From Candidatus Poribacteria bacterium (lineage in GTDB: Bacteria > Poribacteria > WGA-4E > JAJDTR01), in NCBI GenBank assembly GCA_965204085.1, contig CBDBEE010000003.1, positions 1,449,981-1,513,980 on the forward strand: a DNA stretch of 64,000 nucleotides. The letters run 5' to 3'. This document shows, one piece after another, positions 1 through 9,892 of the stretch. Under the pieces are notes generated by a model, which saw only the letters and a list, made by a program, of their open reading frames with translations, was not told the DNA's origin and did no database searches. The translations under genes and the position numbers were made by a program. Positions within the stretch are counted from its first letter, which is position 1. Every line of letters begins with the position of its first letter.

Positions 1-1603
1 AGTTAGCGACTTGACCGGGCTTGAGAGGGCAACCAACCTGACACAGCTTCGTTTTCGTCTTTCGTCAGGCTCAATTTCGGGTCTCTCGCCCTTAGCGAAC
101 TTAACCGACCTGACACAACTTGATCTTACTGGCTCAATATCGGACCTCTCGCCCTTGGCGAACTTAACCAACCTGACATACCTTTATCTTGGTGCCCACT
201 CAATATCGGACCTCTCGCCCTTGGCAGGATTTACAAATCTAAGGGAGCTCACTCTTTTTGACCCCGCCCGATTAGACTCTTCAACCCTGCCAAGTTTAGC
301 CAACCTCCAAGTGCTGAAAATTTGGGGCTTTACCTTGTCTACGATAGACGACCCAACAAACCAGAGTGGATTTCGTGGGGTATTGGACCTAACATTCTTG
401 GCAGGCTTTCCGAACCTGACAGAGTTAACTATTGCGCCCAGTGGCATCTTGTTCTACCAATTTTCAAACATTTCGCCCGTGGCTGGCTTAAGCAGACTAA
501 AAAAAATCAGTCTCGTTAATTGCCAAATTTCAGACATTTCGCCTCTGGTAGAAAACACGGGGTTAGGACACGGCAGCATAGTCGATGTACGACACAACCC
601 TCTCAGTTATGTATCCCTCCACACCCATATTCCCGAACTCCAAAGCAGGGGCGTTACCGTACACTTTGACGATGGAGCATCCCCGACGCTGCTTAGGGTC
701 TCGGGCGATTATCAGAACGGTGCGGTCTCCACTCCACTGCCTCAACCGTTAGTCATTGAAGCGCACGACGAAAACGGTTCTGCGGTCGCAGGGGTTCAGG
801 TCGAATTCACCGTATCCCAAGGCGATGGCACGCTTGGCGCCGCAATCGCGACGACTGATGAAAACGGCAGAGCGCAGACAACCCTCACACTAGGTCCGAC
901 TCCGGGAACGAACTACATATACGCGTATGCCCCTGAATTTGAAGTTGGCACCGTTTTTCACGCTATCGCCGATCCTGAAATGCCGCCGGTTTCGTCGGAT
1001 CTCAACGACGATGGAACTACGAACATCTTGGATTTGGTTTTGGTCGCCTCCGCGTTGGGGAGCACAGGCGACAATCTTGCGGCGGATGCGAATGGAGACG
1101 GGGTTGTCAATATTCTGGATTTGGTGTTCGTTGCGGGTATGCTTGGGGGTGCGGCGGCTGCGCCTTCGGCGCGTCTACAAGCGCTTGAAACATTTACGGC
1201 GGCAGAGGTCAAGCAGTGGCTGCACGACATAAGACTCTTGCGGTTAGAGAATCCCATCGTGAAAAGAGGGATAATGATGCTTGAGCGGCTTTTGGCATCC
1301 CTAATCCCGGTCGAGACGGAACTGTTAGCGAACTATCCGAATCCGTTCAACCCGGAAACGTGGATACCGTATCGACTGGCGGAGGGCGCTTTCGTAACGT
1401 TGACTATCTATGACCTAAGTGGTCAGGTGGTACGGACTCTGGATGTTGGGCGCCAAATTGCGTCCGCTTACGAGAATCGGTCAAAAGCAATCTACTGGGA
1501 TGGCAGAAACGAGTTGGGGCAGCGGGCGGCAAGCGGCGTCTATTTCTATCACCTGTCTGCCGGGGATTATTCCGCGACGCGGAAAATGCTGATTTTGAAG
1601 TGA
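1..1603 (+). CDS. Secreted leucine-rich-repeat protein with a Big_2-like Ig domain, dockerin-like Ca-binding repeats and a T9SS C-terminal sorting domain. 5' partial, likely continues upstream of the window.
   Basis: Repeated LSPLANLTxLxxL leucine-rich units. Big_2-like segment around VSGDYQNGAVS...TLTLGPTPGT. Two DLNDDGTTNILDLV / DANGDGVVNILDLV dockerin-like repeats. C-terminus NPFNPETWIPYRL...GVYFYHLSAGDYSATRKMLILK matches the Por secretion tail pattern. Frame is open to the window start. Confidence 0.6.
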   Translation, partial: VSDLTGLERATNLTQLRFRLSSGSISGLSPLANLTDLTQLDLTGSISDLSPLANLTNLTYLYLGAHSISDLSPLAGFTNLRELTLFDPARLDSSTLPSLANLQVLKIWGFTLSTIDDPTNQSGFRGVLDLTFLAGFPNLTELTIAPSGILFYQFSNISPVAGLSRLKKISLVNCQISDISPLVENTGLGHGSIVDVRHNPLSYVSLHTHIPELQSRGVTVHFDDGASPTLLRVSGDYQNGAVSTPLPQPLVIEAHDENGSAVAGVQVEFTVSQGDGTLGAAIATTDENGRAQTTLTLGPTPGTNYIYAYAPEFEVGTVFHAIADPEMPPVSSDLNDDGTTNILDLVLVASALGSTGDNLAADANGDGVVNILDLVFVAGMLGGAAAAPSARLQALETFTAAEVKQWLHDIRLLRLENPIVKRGIMMLERLLASLIPVETELLANYPNPFNPETWIPYRLAEGAFVTLTIYDLSGQVVRTLDVGRQIASAYENRSKAIYWDGRNELGQRAASGVYFYHLSAGDYSATRKMLILK

Positions 1604-1633
1604 ACACGCGGGCGCCCTATCGGATCTCGACCG

Positions 1634-1681
1634 CCTTGGGATCTCTATCGCACTCGCTATTCGCTCGCTTGATCTATTCGC
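1634..1681. repeat. Interspersed intergenic repeat, family 2, core GGGATCTCTATCGCAYTCGCTATTCGCTCRCTTGAT.
   Basis: Near-identical copies at 23134-23180, 29827-29872 and 29783-29828. Core also at 27879 and, reversed, at 3910 and 15705. Confidence 0.5.
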
Positions 1682-1882
1682 TTAGTTGCTCATTCATTAT
1701 CCAACGCTTGATCTCTCCGGCGAGACCTTGTTTGAATAGTTATCTTTTCCCCTGATAAGGGAGGTTATGAGCTTGTTTGAAAACACGATGAAGCCCAGTC
1801 CCTTGTGGCCATTCACGACTCTCTAACCTTTTTCAAACAGGCTATTGGTATCATACTCTTTGCCCTAGATTTTGAGGAAATC

Positions 1883-3553
1883 ATGGCACTCATCAAACTA
1901 AACGAACTTGAAGTCGAAGTACCGGACGGAATCAATGTTGTCGAAGCTGCGCGTATGCACGGCATCGAGGTGCCGCACTATTGCTATCATCCGGGATTGA
2001 GCAGTCCGGCGAACTGCCGCATGTGCCTTGTAGAGCCGCACGTGTATTTCCCGCCCGCCGGAAAGGTGGTGCCAGACCGCCAGTTGGCAACGGGGTGCAC
2101 CGCAGTGATTAGAACCGCTCCACCTGATCGAAAGCTTGATGGGGTGTTTGACTACATCGTTCAGACGGACTCCCCGCGTGTCAAGAAGGCGCGTGAGGAT
2201 ATCCTCGAATTCTTGCTCGTTCATCACCCATTGGATTGCCCGGTGTGCGATCAGGCTGGCGAATGCGACCTCCAGGATTTCAGTTACAGACACGGACACG
2301 ACAAGAGCAGATACGTGGAGGTTAAGAACGTTCCGCCCAAGAAGGATTTGGGGCCCGATGTTCTCCTTTATTCCACCCGCTGTATTGTGTGTACGCGTTG
2401 TATCCGATTTTGCGATGAAGTGGCGGGCAGTGGAGAACTTGGATTGATTCAACGCGGTTCACACGATGAAATTGATATTCCGCGTGCGCATAACGGAACA
2501 CCTTTGCAACTTCTGGACAATAAACTGGCTGGCAACGTCGTGGATATTTGCCCAGTGGGTGCGCTGATTAGCAAAGATTTCCTGTTCAAATCTCGTCCAT
2601 GGTTTATGAAGAAGGTGAACAGTGTATGTCCCGGTTGCAGCGTTGGGTGTAACATCACGGTTGAATTCAAGGAGGATGGCGTTTACCGCCTGAAGCCACG
2701 TTTTCATGCGGACATCAACGAGCACTGGATGTGCGACGACGGTCGGCTCGGTTACGAATACGTCAATAGCGAAGACCGTCTCCAAATTCCGATGAGGCGA
2801 GAAGAGGACCGACTGACTCCGACCTCTTGGGAGGATGTGCTAAAACTGATCGCGGAGAAGCTGTCAGCGGCAGAAGCGGAATCTATCGTCGTTATAGGGT
2901 CAGCGCAGGGTACGAATGAGGAAAACTATCTCTTGAAGAAGCTGGCGCATGATGTACTGAAGACGAATCGGATTGGCTTATTTGGGCGCAAAGCGGGCGA
3001 GGAGCACAAGTTCCCGCAGTTCACGATTGAAGCCGACAAAAACCCGAACACACGCGGCGCTAGGGATATGCTAGGGGCATCTACGAATGGGAACGAGACT
3101 GCCGCGACCGTGGTAGAGGGGGATTTGCTCTGGGAGAGTTTGTCCGGCGCTAAGGTTGTGTACCTCGTGAACGGCGCTCCTGATCGTCCTCTCACCGAAA
3201 CGGAAAGAACCGCTTTGGAAGACGTGGAGTTCCTCATCGTGCAAGATATTTTCCTGTCCGATGCCGCACAACTCGCGGATATCGTTTTACCGAGCACCGC
3301 TTTCACGGAGAAGGATGGCAGCTTTACCAATTCAGCAGGCTGGGTACAACGCATCCACAAAGCCACCGATCCGCCCGGCGAAGCACGCATTGATTGGGAG
3401 ATTATCCAGCAGGTGGCAAAGCGGTTAGCAGGGGAATTCGAGTATCACTTCGCAGGAGAGATTGCGGCGGAGATAGCTGTCACCGTGCCCGGTTATTCTG
3501 AAGCAACACATCAACAGATGGGTGATGGCGGGGCAAAACTTCAAGAGGTGTGA
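1883..3553 (+). CDS. nuoG: NADH-quinone oxidoreductase subunit G (NuoG, 75 kDa Fe-S subunit).
   Basis: N-terminal 2Fe-2S and 4Fe-4S cysteine motifs: CYHPGLSSPANCRMC, HHPLDCPVCDQAGECDLQD and CIVCTRCIRFC, followed by a molybdopterin-like domain. ATG at 1883 gives the typical MALIKLNELEV start. ORF-track start 1805 is probably too early. Confidence 0.9.
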   Translation: MALIKLNELEVEVPDGINVVEAARMHGIEVPHYCYHPGLSSPANCRMCLVEPHVYFPPAGKVVPDRQLATGCTAVIRTAPPDRKLDGVFDYIVQTDSPRVKKAREDILEFLLVHHPLDCPVCDQAGECDLQDFSYRHGHDKSRYVEVKNVPPKKDLGPDVLLYSTRCIVCTRCIRFCDEVAGSGELGLIQRGSHDEIDIPRAHNGTPLQLLDNKLAGNVVDICPVGALISKDFLFKSRPWFMKKVNSVCPGCSVGCNITVEFKEDGVYRLKPRFHADINEHWMCDDGRLGYEYVNSEDRLQIPMRREEDRLTPTSWEDVLKLIAEKLSAAEAESIVVIGSAQGTNEENYLLKKLAHDVLKTNRIGLFGRKAGEEHKFPQFTIEADKNPNTRGARDMLGASTNGNETAATVVEGDLLWESLSGAKVVYLVNGAPDRPLTETERTALEDVEFLIVQDIFLSDAAQLADIVLPSTAFTEKDGSFTNSAGWVQRIHKATDPPGEARIDWEIIQQVAKRLAGEFEYHFAGEIAAEIAVTVPGYSEATHQQMGDGGAKLQEV

Positions 3554-3909
3554 GTTGGAGATAGGAAATCATCGGATAAATCTCGTAGACGTGGGACTTG
3601 CGCACTTTCGTTGGCGCGAAGGATATTAAGGTGCAACTGAATATTGGGGTACAAAAGCTCTATGAAATCCTAAAGCAGGTTGTTTCCGGAGTTATTAATG
3701 ATAGGCTGGAAAAGCTGAGGAATGAAATGCGCCTAGCTGCGCTTTACGATGAATTCGCTAAAGAGGACCAGCAACTCGCCGAGGAAGGGTTGTCAGATTA
3801 CAACGAAGCATTGACGAAAGAGGACGTTTCTTGATGGCAAAGCGGTTCTCTCGCTAAGCGTATATAACACTGTTTCAAAGTAAAAGGATCAAGTGGCCGA
3901 ATAGGGAAC

Positions 3910-3981
3910 GCGATAGAGATTCCCGTGTGACACACGCCGCGTTACCCCAACAAGATGTAGGAGCGATCTCCGAATCGCAAC
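3910..3981. repeat. Composite REP-like element: reversed family-2 core plus family-1 GTAGGAGCGATCTCCGAATCGC motif.
   Basis: cgcgatagagattcccg ... gtaggagcgatctccgaatcgcaac in the 500 bp nuoG-nuoH gap. Same arrangement at 15703-15759. Confidence 0.5.
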
Positions 3982-4054
3982 CTGCGCATCTTCTTTGTTG
4001 CACGTTTTTTGGGTTTTACTAATCACTAATCACTAGCCACTAAACACTGACTAT

Positions 4055-5239
4055 ATGGATTTACCACTTCATGTTCTCATTATTAGTTCGCTAATCAAAA
4101 TTCTTGTCGTCGTCCATGTGCTACTGATTGGCGTCATGGCGATGATTCTAGCGGAACGAAAGGTTAGCGGCTGGATTCAAGATCGCCATGGGCCTAACCG
4201 TGTCGGACCATGGGGGATTTTGCAGCCTATTGCAGACGGCATCAAGTTCCTGCTGAAGGAGGATTTGATTCCCGACCATGTGGATAAACCGATATATGTG
4301 CTTGCCCCCGCGATGCTCCTCGTGCCGGCGCTTATTATTTGCGCGGTTGTTCCGTTTGGGAGTTCCATCACCATCGCAGGCTACCCGATTCCGCTCCAGA
4401 TTGCAGACATCAACATCGGTATTCTATATGTTCTGGCGATTACCTCGCTGGGCGTGTACGGCGTCGTGCTTGGAGCATGGGCGTCGAATAACAAATACTC
4501 TCTACTTGGCGGCCTGCGGTCCTCGGCTCAGATGATTAGCTATGAGCTAACACTGGGACTTGCAATCATCGGAGTGCTTATGTTGTCGAGTTCGCTTAGT
4601 CTCCGAGACATCGCTATCGCGCAAGGGGCAAATATCTGGAATTGGAATTTCCTGATTCATTTTCCTGCATTTCTTGCCTTCACGACCGCCGCTTTTGCGG
4701 AAACCAATCGCTTGCCTTTCGATCTTGCCGAAGCTGAACAGGAGCTTGTCGCCGGATACCACACGGAATATAGCAGTATGAAGTTCGCCATGTATTTCAT
4801 GGCGGAATATATGAACATGATTGTGGGATCAGCGGTAGCCGTCACGCTATTTCTCGGTGGCTGGCATTTCTTCGGGTTGGAGAATCTCGGCGGCCCCTTC
4901 TGGAGCGGTATGATTTCAGTCGGAATCTTCACGGTCAAGACAGCACTCTTCCTCTTTGTTTTTATCTGGGTTCGTTGGACTTTGCCTCGATTCCGGTACG
5001 ACCAGTTGATGAATCTGGGATGGAAATTCCTGTTGCCCGTTGCGCTGACTTCAATCGTCGTTACGGCGATAGTATGGATTGGGACACAGTCGAAAGTATT
5101 GGTGGGGGTGTGCAACGTCGTAGCCGCCTTTATTGTTGTTGCAATCGTGGCAAGTGCATTAGCCATGCGCCGCGAACCGGAGCAAGTTGAACGTCAAGAA
5201 CCTAGTTTTATGGAAGGCTCCTCATCTGAAAGGACATAG
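4055..5239 (+). CDS. nuoH: NADH-quinone oxidoreductase subunit H (NuoH/ND1).
   Basis: AERKVSGWIQDRHGPNRVGPWGILQPIADGIKFLLKED is the NuoH signature. Multi-TM protein. Confidence 0.9.
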   Translation: MDLPLHVLIISSLIKILVVVHVLLIGVMAMILAERKVSGWIQDRHGPNRVGPWGILQPIADGIKFLLKEDLIPDHVDKPIYVLAPAMLLVPALIICAVVPFGSSITIAGYPIPLQIADINIGILYVLAITSLGVYGVVLGAWASNNKYSLLGGLRSSAQMISYELTLGLAIIGVLMLSSSLSLRDIAIAQGANIWNWNFLIHFPAFLAFTTAAFAETNRLPFDLAEAEQELVAGYHTEYSSMKFAMYFMAEYMNMIVGSAVAVTLFLGGWHFFGLENLGGPFWSGMISVGIFTVKTALFLFVFIWVRWTLPRFRYDQLMNLGWKFLLPVALTSIVVTAIVWIGTQSKVLVGVCNVVAAFIVVAIVASALAMRREPEQVERQEPSFMEGSSSERT

Positions 5240-5275
5240 CGAGGGGTTGCTATATTATGCACAGTCAGGAGAGAG

Positions 5276-5983
5276 ATGGACGCTGAACCTATTCTATTCA
5301 TCGTTTTCGGAGCGCTCGCCCTCATTGGCGCGGTGGCTGTAATCGGGTTCAAGAACCCAGTTTACAGCGCGATTGCCTTAATCGGCACATTCTTCGCGCA
5401 AGCGGGTCTGTTCATTCTACTTGGTGCGCATTTTGTTGCCGCCGTACAAGTCATCGTCTATGCGGGCGCGATTATGGTATTGTTCCTATTCGTGATTATG
5501 CTGCTCAATCTTGGCAGCGTTCGCGCCGATCAGCCTAAGGCAGGGATAGCCAAAGGCGCGGCGATTATTTTAGGGATAATCTTCGCACTTGAAGGCGTCT
5601 ATATTGCCGTAAATGCCTCCAAAGGCACGGTTGTCGCACGAGTCAAACAGGAAAGCACTGTCGGTGGAGGGGCAATAACCGAAGCACAACTCGAAGAAAT
5701 TGGCGAGATAGAGGCGACCTATCAGCTTACGCGCGATGAGATTAATACCGAATATGTTCCTCAGGTTGCCACGGCGGACAAAACACTGGAGAGTCTGACT
5801 GCGGTCGAGGCTCAAACGTTAATTCAAACGCTTCAAAGTGAAATGGGGATAACCGAGCGGATCGGTACCGTGTTGTTTAGCAAATTCCTTCTGCCTTTTG
5901 AGGTGACTTCTTTAATTTTGCTGGCTGCACTGATTGGGGTTATTGCACTGGTGAAACGGGAGGAACCGAAAGAGGTTTCCTAG
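5276..5983 (+). CDS. nuoJ: NADH-quinone oxidoreductase subunit J (NuoJ/ND6) with a long soluble loop or extension.
   Basis: N-terminal TM core NPVYSAIALIGTFFAQAGLFILLGAHFVAAVQVIVYAGAIMVLFLFVIMLL. Follows nuoH by 37 bp, so nuoI is absent here. Confidence 0.8.
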   Translation: MDAEPILFIVFGALALIGAVAVIGFKNPVYSAIALIGTFFAQAGLFILLGAHFVAAVQVIVYAGAIMVLFLFVIMLLNLGSVRADQPKAGIAKGAAIILGIIFALEGVYIAVNASKGTVVARVKQESTVGGGAITEAQLEEIGEIEATYQLTRDEINTEYVPQVATADKTLESLTAVEAQTLIQTLQSEMGITERIGTVLFSKFLLPFEVTSLILLAALIGVIALVKREEPKEVS

Positions 5984-6013
5984 CCCCGACTTGAGATCGT
6001 TGAGGATTGAGAT

Positions 6014-6313
6014 ATGGGTTTGGAGTGGTATCTAGGTTTAAGCGCATTACTTTTTACCGTAGGCGTAGTTGGTGTGCTGATTAGACGGAACGCCATCATT
6101 ATCTTCATGTGCATTGAACTGATGCTGAATGCGGCGAACCTCGCCTTTGTTGCCATATCGCGTGAATTGGGAGATCCATCGGGACAGGTTTTTGTTTTCT
6201 TCGTGATGACTGTCGCGGCTGCCGAGGTGGCTATCGGGCTGGCGATTATTGTAAGTGTCTTTAAGCATCGTGAGACGGTGAATGTTGATGAGGTTGATTC
6301 ACTCAAGGGATGA
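6014..6313 (+). CDS. nuoK: NADH-quinone oxidoreductase subunit K (NuoK/ND4L).
   Basis: 99 aa, 3 [22 protein letters not shown] motif. Confidence 0.9.
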   Translation: MGLEWYLGLSALLFTVGVVGVLIRRNAIIIFMCIELMLNAANLAFVAISRELGDPSGQVFVFFVMTVAAAEVAIGLAIIVSVFKHRETVNVDEVDSLKG

Positions 6314-6337
6314 GCAGTCTCAACCTAAGGATTTGAT

Positions 6338-8323
6338 ATGTCCGTAAACCTCATAATTCTACTACTGATTTCTCCGCTGGTTGGATTCCTCATCAATGGT
6401 CTGTTTGGCAACTGGTTGAGGAATACCGAGAAGCTGAGTGGGTGGATTGCCTGCCTCGCTGTCCTAGTATCACTTATCTGCTCGCTCATCGTATTTACTC
6501 ACGTCAAAGGCGGTGCGGAGTTAAACCAGACGCTCTACCAGTGGATTGCCGCCGAATCTCATGAGTACAGCAAAACCGAACTAGGATCTGGCGAGTCGGC
6601 TACCCCTTTATTCGAGTGGATTACCGGAAATTTTGCGTTCAACATCGGATTTCATGTGGATTCGCTAACCGCCGTCATGCTGCTGATTATCACGGGTATC
6701 GGTTTTCTCATCCACGTTTACTCAATAGGTTACATGCATGGGGATGCGGGTTATACGCGCTACTTCGCCTATCTCAACTTGTTTGTGTTTGCGATGTTAA
6801 TCCTCGTCTTGGCGGACAACTATCTGATGATGTTCGTCGGATGGGAGGGGGTTGGACTGTGTTCCTATCTGCTGATAGGCTTTTGGTACGAGAAAAAATC
6901 CGCAACCGACGCCGGTAAGAAAGCCTTCATCGTCAACCGAATCGGAGATTTCGGCTTTCTACTGGGAATGTTTACGCTTTTCGCTGCCTTCGGCACGCTG
7001 GATTTTATTCCTATCTTTGAGCAAGCCGAATTCATCGAGCGCGTCGAATCAACCGGTTCCAACCTCGTGTTTGGGGCAAGTACGCTCGCCGTTGCAACTT
7101 TGCTGCTCTTTGTCGGCGCCGTGGGAAAATCGGCACAGATTCCGCTGTATGTCTGGCTGCCCGATGCGATGGAAGGCCCAACTCCCGTTAGCGCTCTCAT
7201 TCACGCTGCGACAATGGTCACCGCGGGTGTCTATATGGTGGCGCGTTCGTCGGTGTTATTTGACCTCGCCGGTACGGGTGATGTGGTAGCGTGGATCGGC
7301 GTTCTCACAGCGGCCTTCGCCGCCATCATGGCGTTAGCTGCGAACGACATTAAGCGGGTTCTGGCGTATTCTACCGTGAGCCAACTCGGATATATGTTCG
7401 TGGGTGTGGGCATTGGCGCCTATGCGTCCGGAATTTTTCATCTCATGACACACGCCTTTTTCAAGGGCTTGATGTTCCTTACCGCCGGCAGTGTCATGCA
7501 CGCCATGTCAAACGAACTTGACATGCGGAGGATGGGGGGCTTGAGATCTAAACTTCCAATCACGCACATCACATTTCTTGTCGGGGCGCTCGCCATTTCT
7601 GGGTTCCCACTTCTGAGTGGTTTCTGGAGCAAAGATGAAATCCTGCACAGCGCTTGGGAGAAGGGGCATCCTATCATTTATGTGATAGGATTGGTGACGG
7701 CTTTCCTCACGGCGTTCTATATGTTTCGCCTCATTTTTGGGACGTTTTACGGCAAATCGCGTGTCGATTCGCTGGTTCACCCGCACGAGTCGCCGTCCGT
7801 CATGTGGGTGCCTTTGGCGATCCTTGCCATTCCGTCGGCGCTCATCGGTCTTGTCCTATTAAGTTGGAAAGGGCACGACAGCGCATTCCATCATTTTATC
7901 GGCGGCGTCTTTTCTCACCACGGCGAAAAGGCAGCCCATCACGCCGACAATGTGCTGCTCTTCATGGCAATTTCGTCAATCGTGGGTATCGCGGGGATCG
8001 CTTTGGCATGGGTGAAGTATCGGGATTGGACGCCGCTGGCGCAACCACAATCGGCGATTCATAAGTTGGCTGCGGAAAAGTTCTACGTTGATGAAATATA
8101 CAACGCTGTCTTCGTTCAGCCCATCAAGAAGGTCTCTCAATTTGTCCTGTGGCGCGGTTTGGATGTCTCAATCATTGACGGGACTGTGAACGGTGTCGCT
8201 TTTGTCGTGCGTACCGTTGGAGGCTCGCTGAGGCGGTTTCAGACGGGTGTTGTTCAATCGTATATTGTGTCGATGGTTATCGGAATCATCATTTTTTTGG
8301 CGTACTACCTTTTTATTCGATAA
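6338..8323 (+). CDS. nuoL: NADH-quinone oxidoreductase subunit L (NuoL/ND5).
   Basis: 661 aa Mrp antiporter-like subunit. WLPDAMEGPTPVSALIHAATMVTAGVY motif. Confidence 0.9.
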   Translation: MSVNLIILLLISPLVGFLINGLFGNWLRNTEKLSGWIACLAVLVSLICSLIVFTHVKGGAELNQTLYQWIAAESHEYSKTELGSGESATPLFEWITGNFAFNIGFHVDSLTAVMLLIITGIGFLIHVYSIGYMHGDAGYTRYFAYLNLFVFAMLILVLADNYLMMFVGWEGVGLCSYLLIGFWYEKKSATDAGKKAFIVNRIGDFGFLLGMFTLFAAFGTLDFIPIFEQAEFIERVESTGSNLVFGASTLAVATLLLFVGAVGKSAQIPLYVWLPDAMEGPTPVSALIHAATMVTAGVYMVARSSVLFDLAGTGDVVAWIGVLTAAFAAIMALAANDIKRVLAYSTVSQLGYMFVGVGIGAYASGIFHLMTHAFFKGLMFLTAGSVMHAMSNELDMRRMGGLRSKLPITHITFLVGALAISGFPLLSGFWSKDEILHSAWEKGHPIIYVIGLVTAFLTAFYMFRLIFGTFYGKSRVDSLVHPHESPSVMWVPLAILAIPSALIGLVLLSWKGHDSAFHHFIGGVFSHHGEKAAHHADNVLLFMAISSIVGIAGIALAWVKYRDWTPLAQPQSAIHKLAAEKFYVDEIYNAVFVQPIKKVSQFVLWRGLDVSIIDGTVNGVAFVVRTVGGSLRRFQTGVVQSYIVSMVIGIIIFLAYYLFIR

Positions 8324-8353
8324 ATTTGTTGGGTAGCTCTTCGGAGGTTAGGT

Positions 8354-9892
8354 TTGCTACTATCCGCGGTCATATTTCTACCACTTATTGGGGCGATAAT
8401 TATCGCGCTCACGAGGACGATTGTAAACGCATCGGCGATTAAAGGAATCGCGCTCGCCATTGCGTTGCTGACGTTCGTCGTCTCGCTATCGCTTTACACC
8501 GGATTCGACGAAACAACGTACTTCATGCAGTTCAAGGTACAGAACTCGTGGATTCCGGAGCTGGGCATCAGTTATCAGTTGGGCATTGACGGTATCTCGC
8601 TGTGGTTGGTGCTGTTGACGACCTTCTTGACCCCTATTTGTGTCTTGGCAGCTTGGGGATCGATTGAAAAGGGCGCCAGCGGGTTCATGATTTCCCTTCT
8701 AATGTTGGAGACAGGAATGCTCGGTGTCTTCTGTGCACTCGATCTCTTCCTGTTCTTCGTCTTCTGGGAATCAATGCTCATTCCGATGTACCTGTTGATT
8801 GGAGTTTGGGGCGGCACGCGCCGGATATACGCCACGGTCAAGTTTGTTCTGTACACCATGGCGGGCAGCGCGTTGATGCTTGTTGGAATCTTGTACCTTT
8901 ACTTTCAGAACGATAATAGTTTCGATCTCTTGACGTTGTATGACAAAGCGGGGACTTTGCCGCATCAGCGGCTGCTGTTCTTAGCTTTCTTCGTCGCATT
9001 CGCTATCAAGGTGCCACTGTTCCCGTTCCACACGTGGCTACCAGACGCTCACGTCGAAGCGCCGACGGTCGGCAGCGTGATTCTTGCGGGCGTGTTGCTC
9101 AAAATGGGAACATACGGCATTTTGCGATTCTGCATTCCGTTGTTCCCTGAAGGCACGGTCGCTTTTACGCCACTCATCTCCACGCTTGCGGTTATCGGCA
9201 TTATCTACGGTGCTCTCGTTGCCATGGTGCAGCCCGACCTCAAAAAGTTGGTGGCATATTCGAGTGTTAGTCACCTCGGGTTTGTCGTACTCGGACTGTT
9301 TGCGCTTAACAGTCAGGGGGTGCAGGGCGGAATTATTCAGATGGTCAATCATGGGTTGAGCACAGGCGCGTTATTCCTTCTCGTGGGCATGATTTATGAG
9401 CGTCGGCATACGCGAATGATTGCGGATTTCGGCGGATTGGCGAAGTGCATGCCTATCTTTGCCACGATATTCCTGATTGTTACATTGTCATCAATCGGAT
9501 TACCCGGGCTGAATGGCTTTGTTGGCGAATTCATGATTTTACTCGGTAGCTTTATTTCGGGGGCTTTTTCCAAAGTATACGCTGTATTTGCCGCAACCGG
9601 TGTCATTCTCGCGGCTGTTTATATGCTCTGGATGTTCCAACGCGTGATGTTTGGGAAGTTGGATAAACCGGAAAATCAGAGTTTGAAGGATTTGAATCTG
9701 CGCGAAATCATTGTGCTACTTCCCATACTCCTGTTTATTGTGTGGATTGGTGTATATCCCAAACCGTTCCTGAGTCGGATAGAAAAATCCGTCAATCACG
9801 TTTTGAAACAGCACACGAAGGCTATGGCGGCAATTGGCGAATCACAAAACGCTGTAGTGGTAGATGCAGGGTTAAAAGGAGAGCGTGAATAG
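8354..9892 (+). CDS. nuoM: NADH-quinone oxidoreductase subunit M (NuoM/ND4).
   Basis: TTG start after a GGAGG ribosome-binding site. WLPDAHVEAPTVGSVILAGVLLKMGTYG motif. Confidence 0.9.
   Translation: MLLSAVIFLPLIGAIIIALTRTIVNASAIKGIALAIALLTFVVSLSLYTGFDETTYFMQFKVQNSWIPELGISYQLGIDGISLWLVLLTTFLTPICVLAAWGSIEKGASGFMISLLMLETGMLGVFCALDLFLFFVFWESMLIPMYLLIGVWGGTRRIYATVKFVLYTMAGSALMLVGILYLYFQNDNSFDLLTLYDKAGTLPHQRLLFLAFFVAFAIKVPLFPFHTWLPDAHVEAPTVGSVILAGVLLKMGTYGILRFCIPLFPEGTVAFTPLISTLAVIGIIYGALVAMVQPDLKKLVAYSSVSHLGFVVLGLFALNSQGVQGGIIQMVNHGLSTGALFLLVGMIYERRHTRMIADFGGLAKCMPIFATIFLIVTLSSIGLPGLNGFVGEFMILLGSFISGAFSKVYAVFAATGVILAAVYMLWMFQRVMFGKLDKPENQSLKDLNLREIIVLLPILLFIVWIGVYPKPFLSRIEKSVNHVLKQHTKAMAAIGESQNAVVVDAGLKGERE

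Noticed and set aside
1898-2452. Minus-strand 184-aa ORF and plus-strand 103-aa ORF inside nuoG
   Set aside because: Overlap the strongly conserved nuoG reading frame and show no recognisable family features. Alternative-frame artefacts.
3598-3834. 78-aa ORF in the nuoG-nuoH spacer
   Set aside because: No ribosome-binding site or family signal could be confirmed. It may be a real small coiled-coil protein, but the evidence is insufficient.
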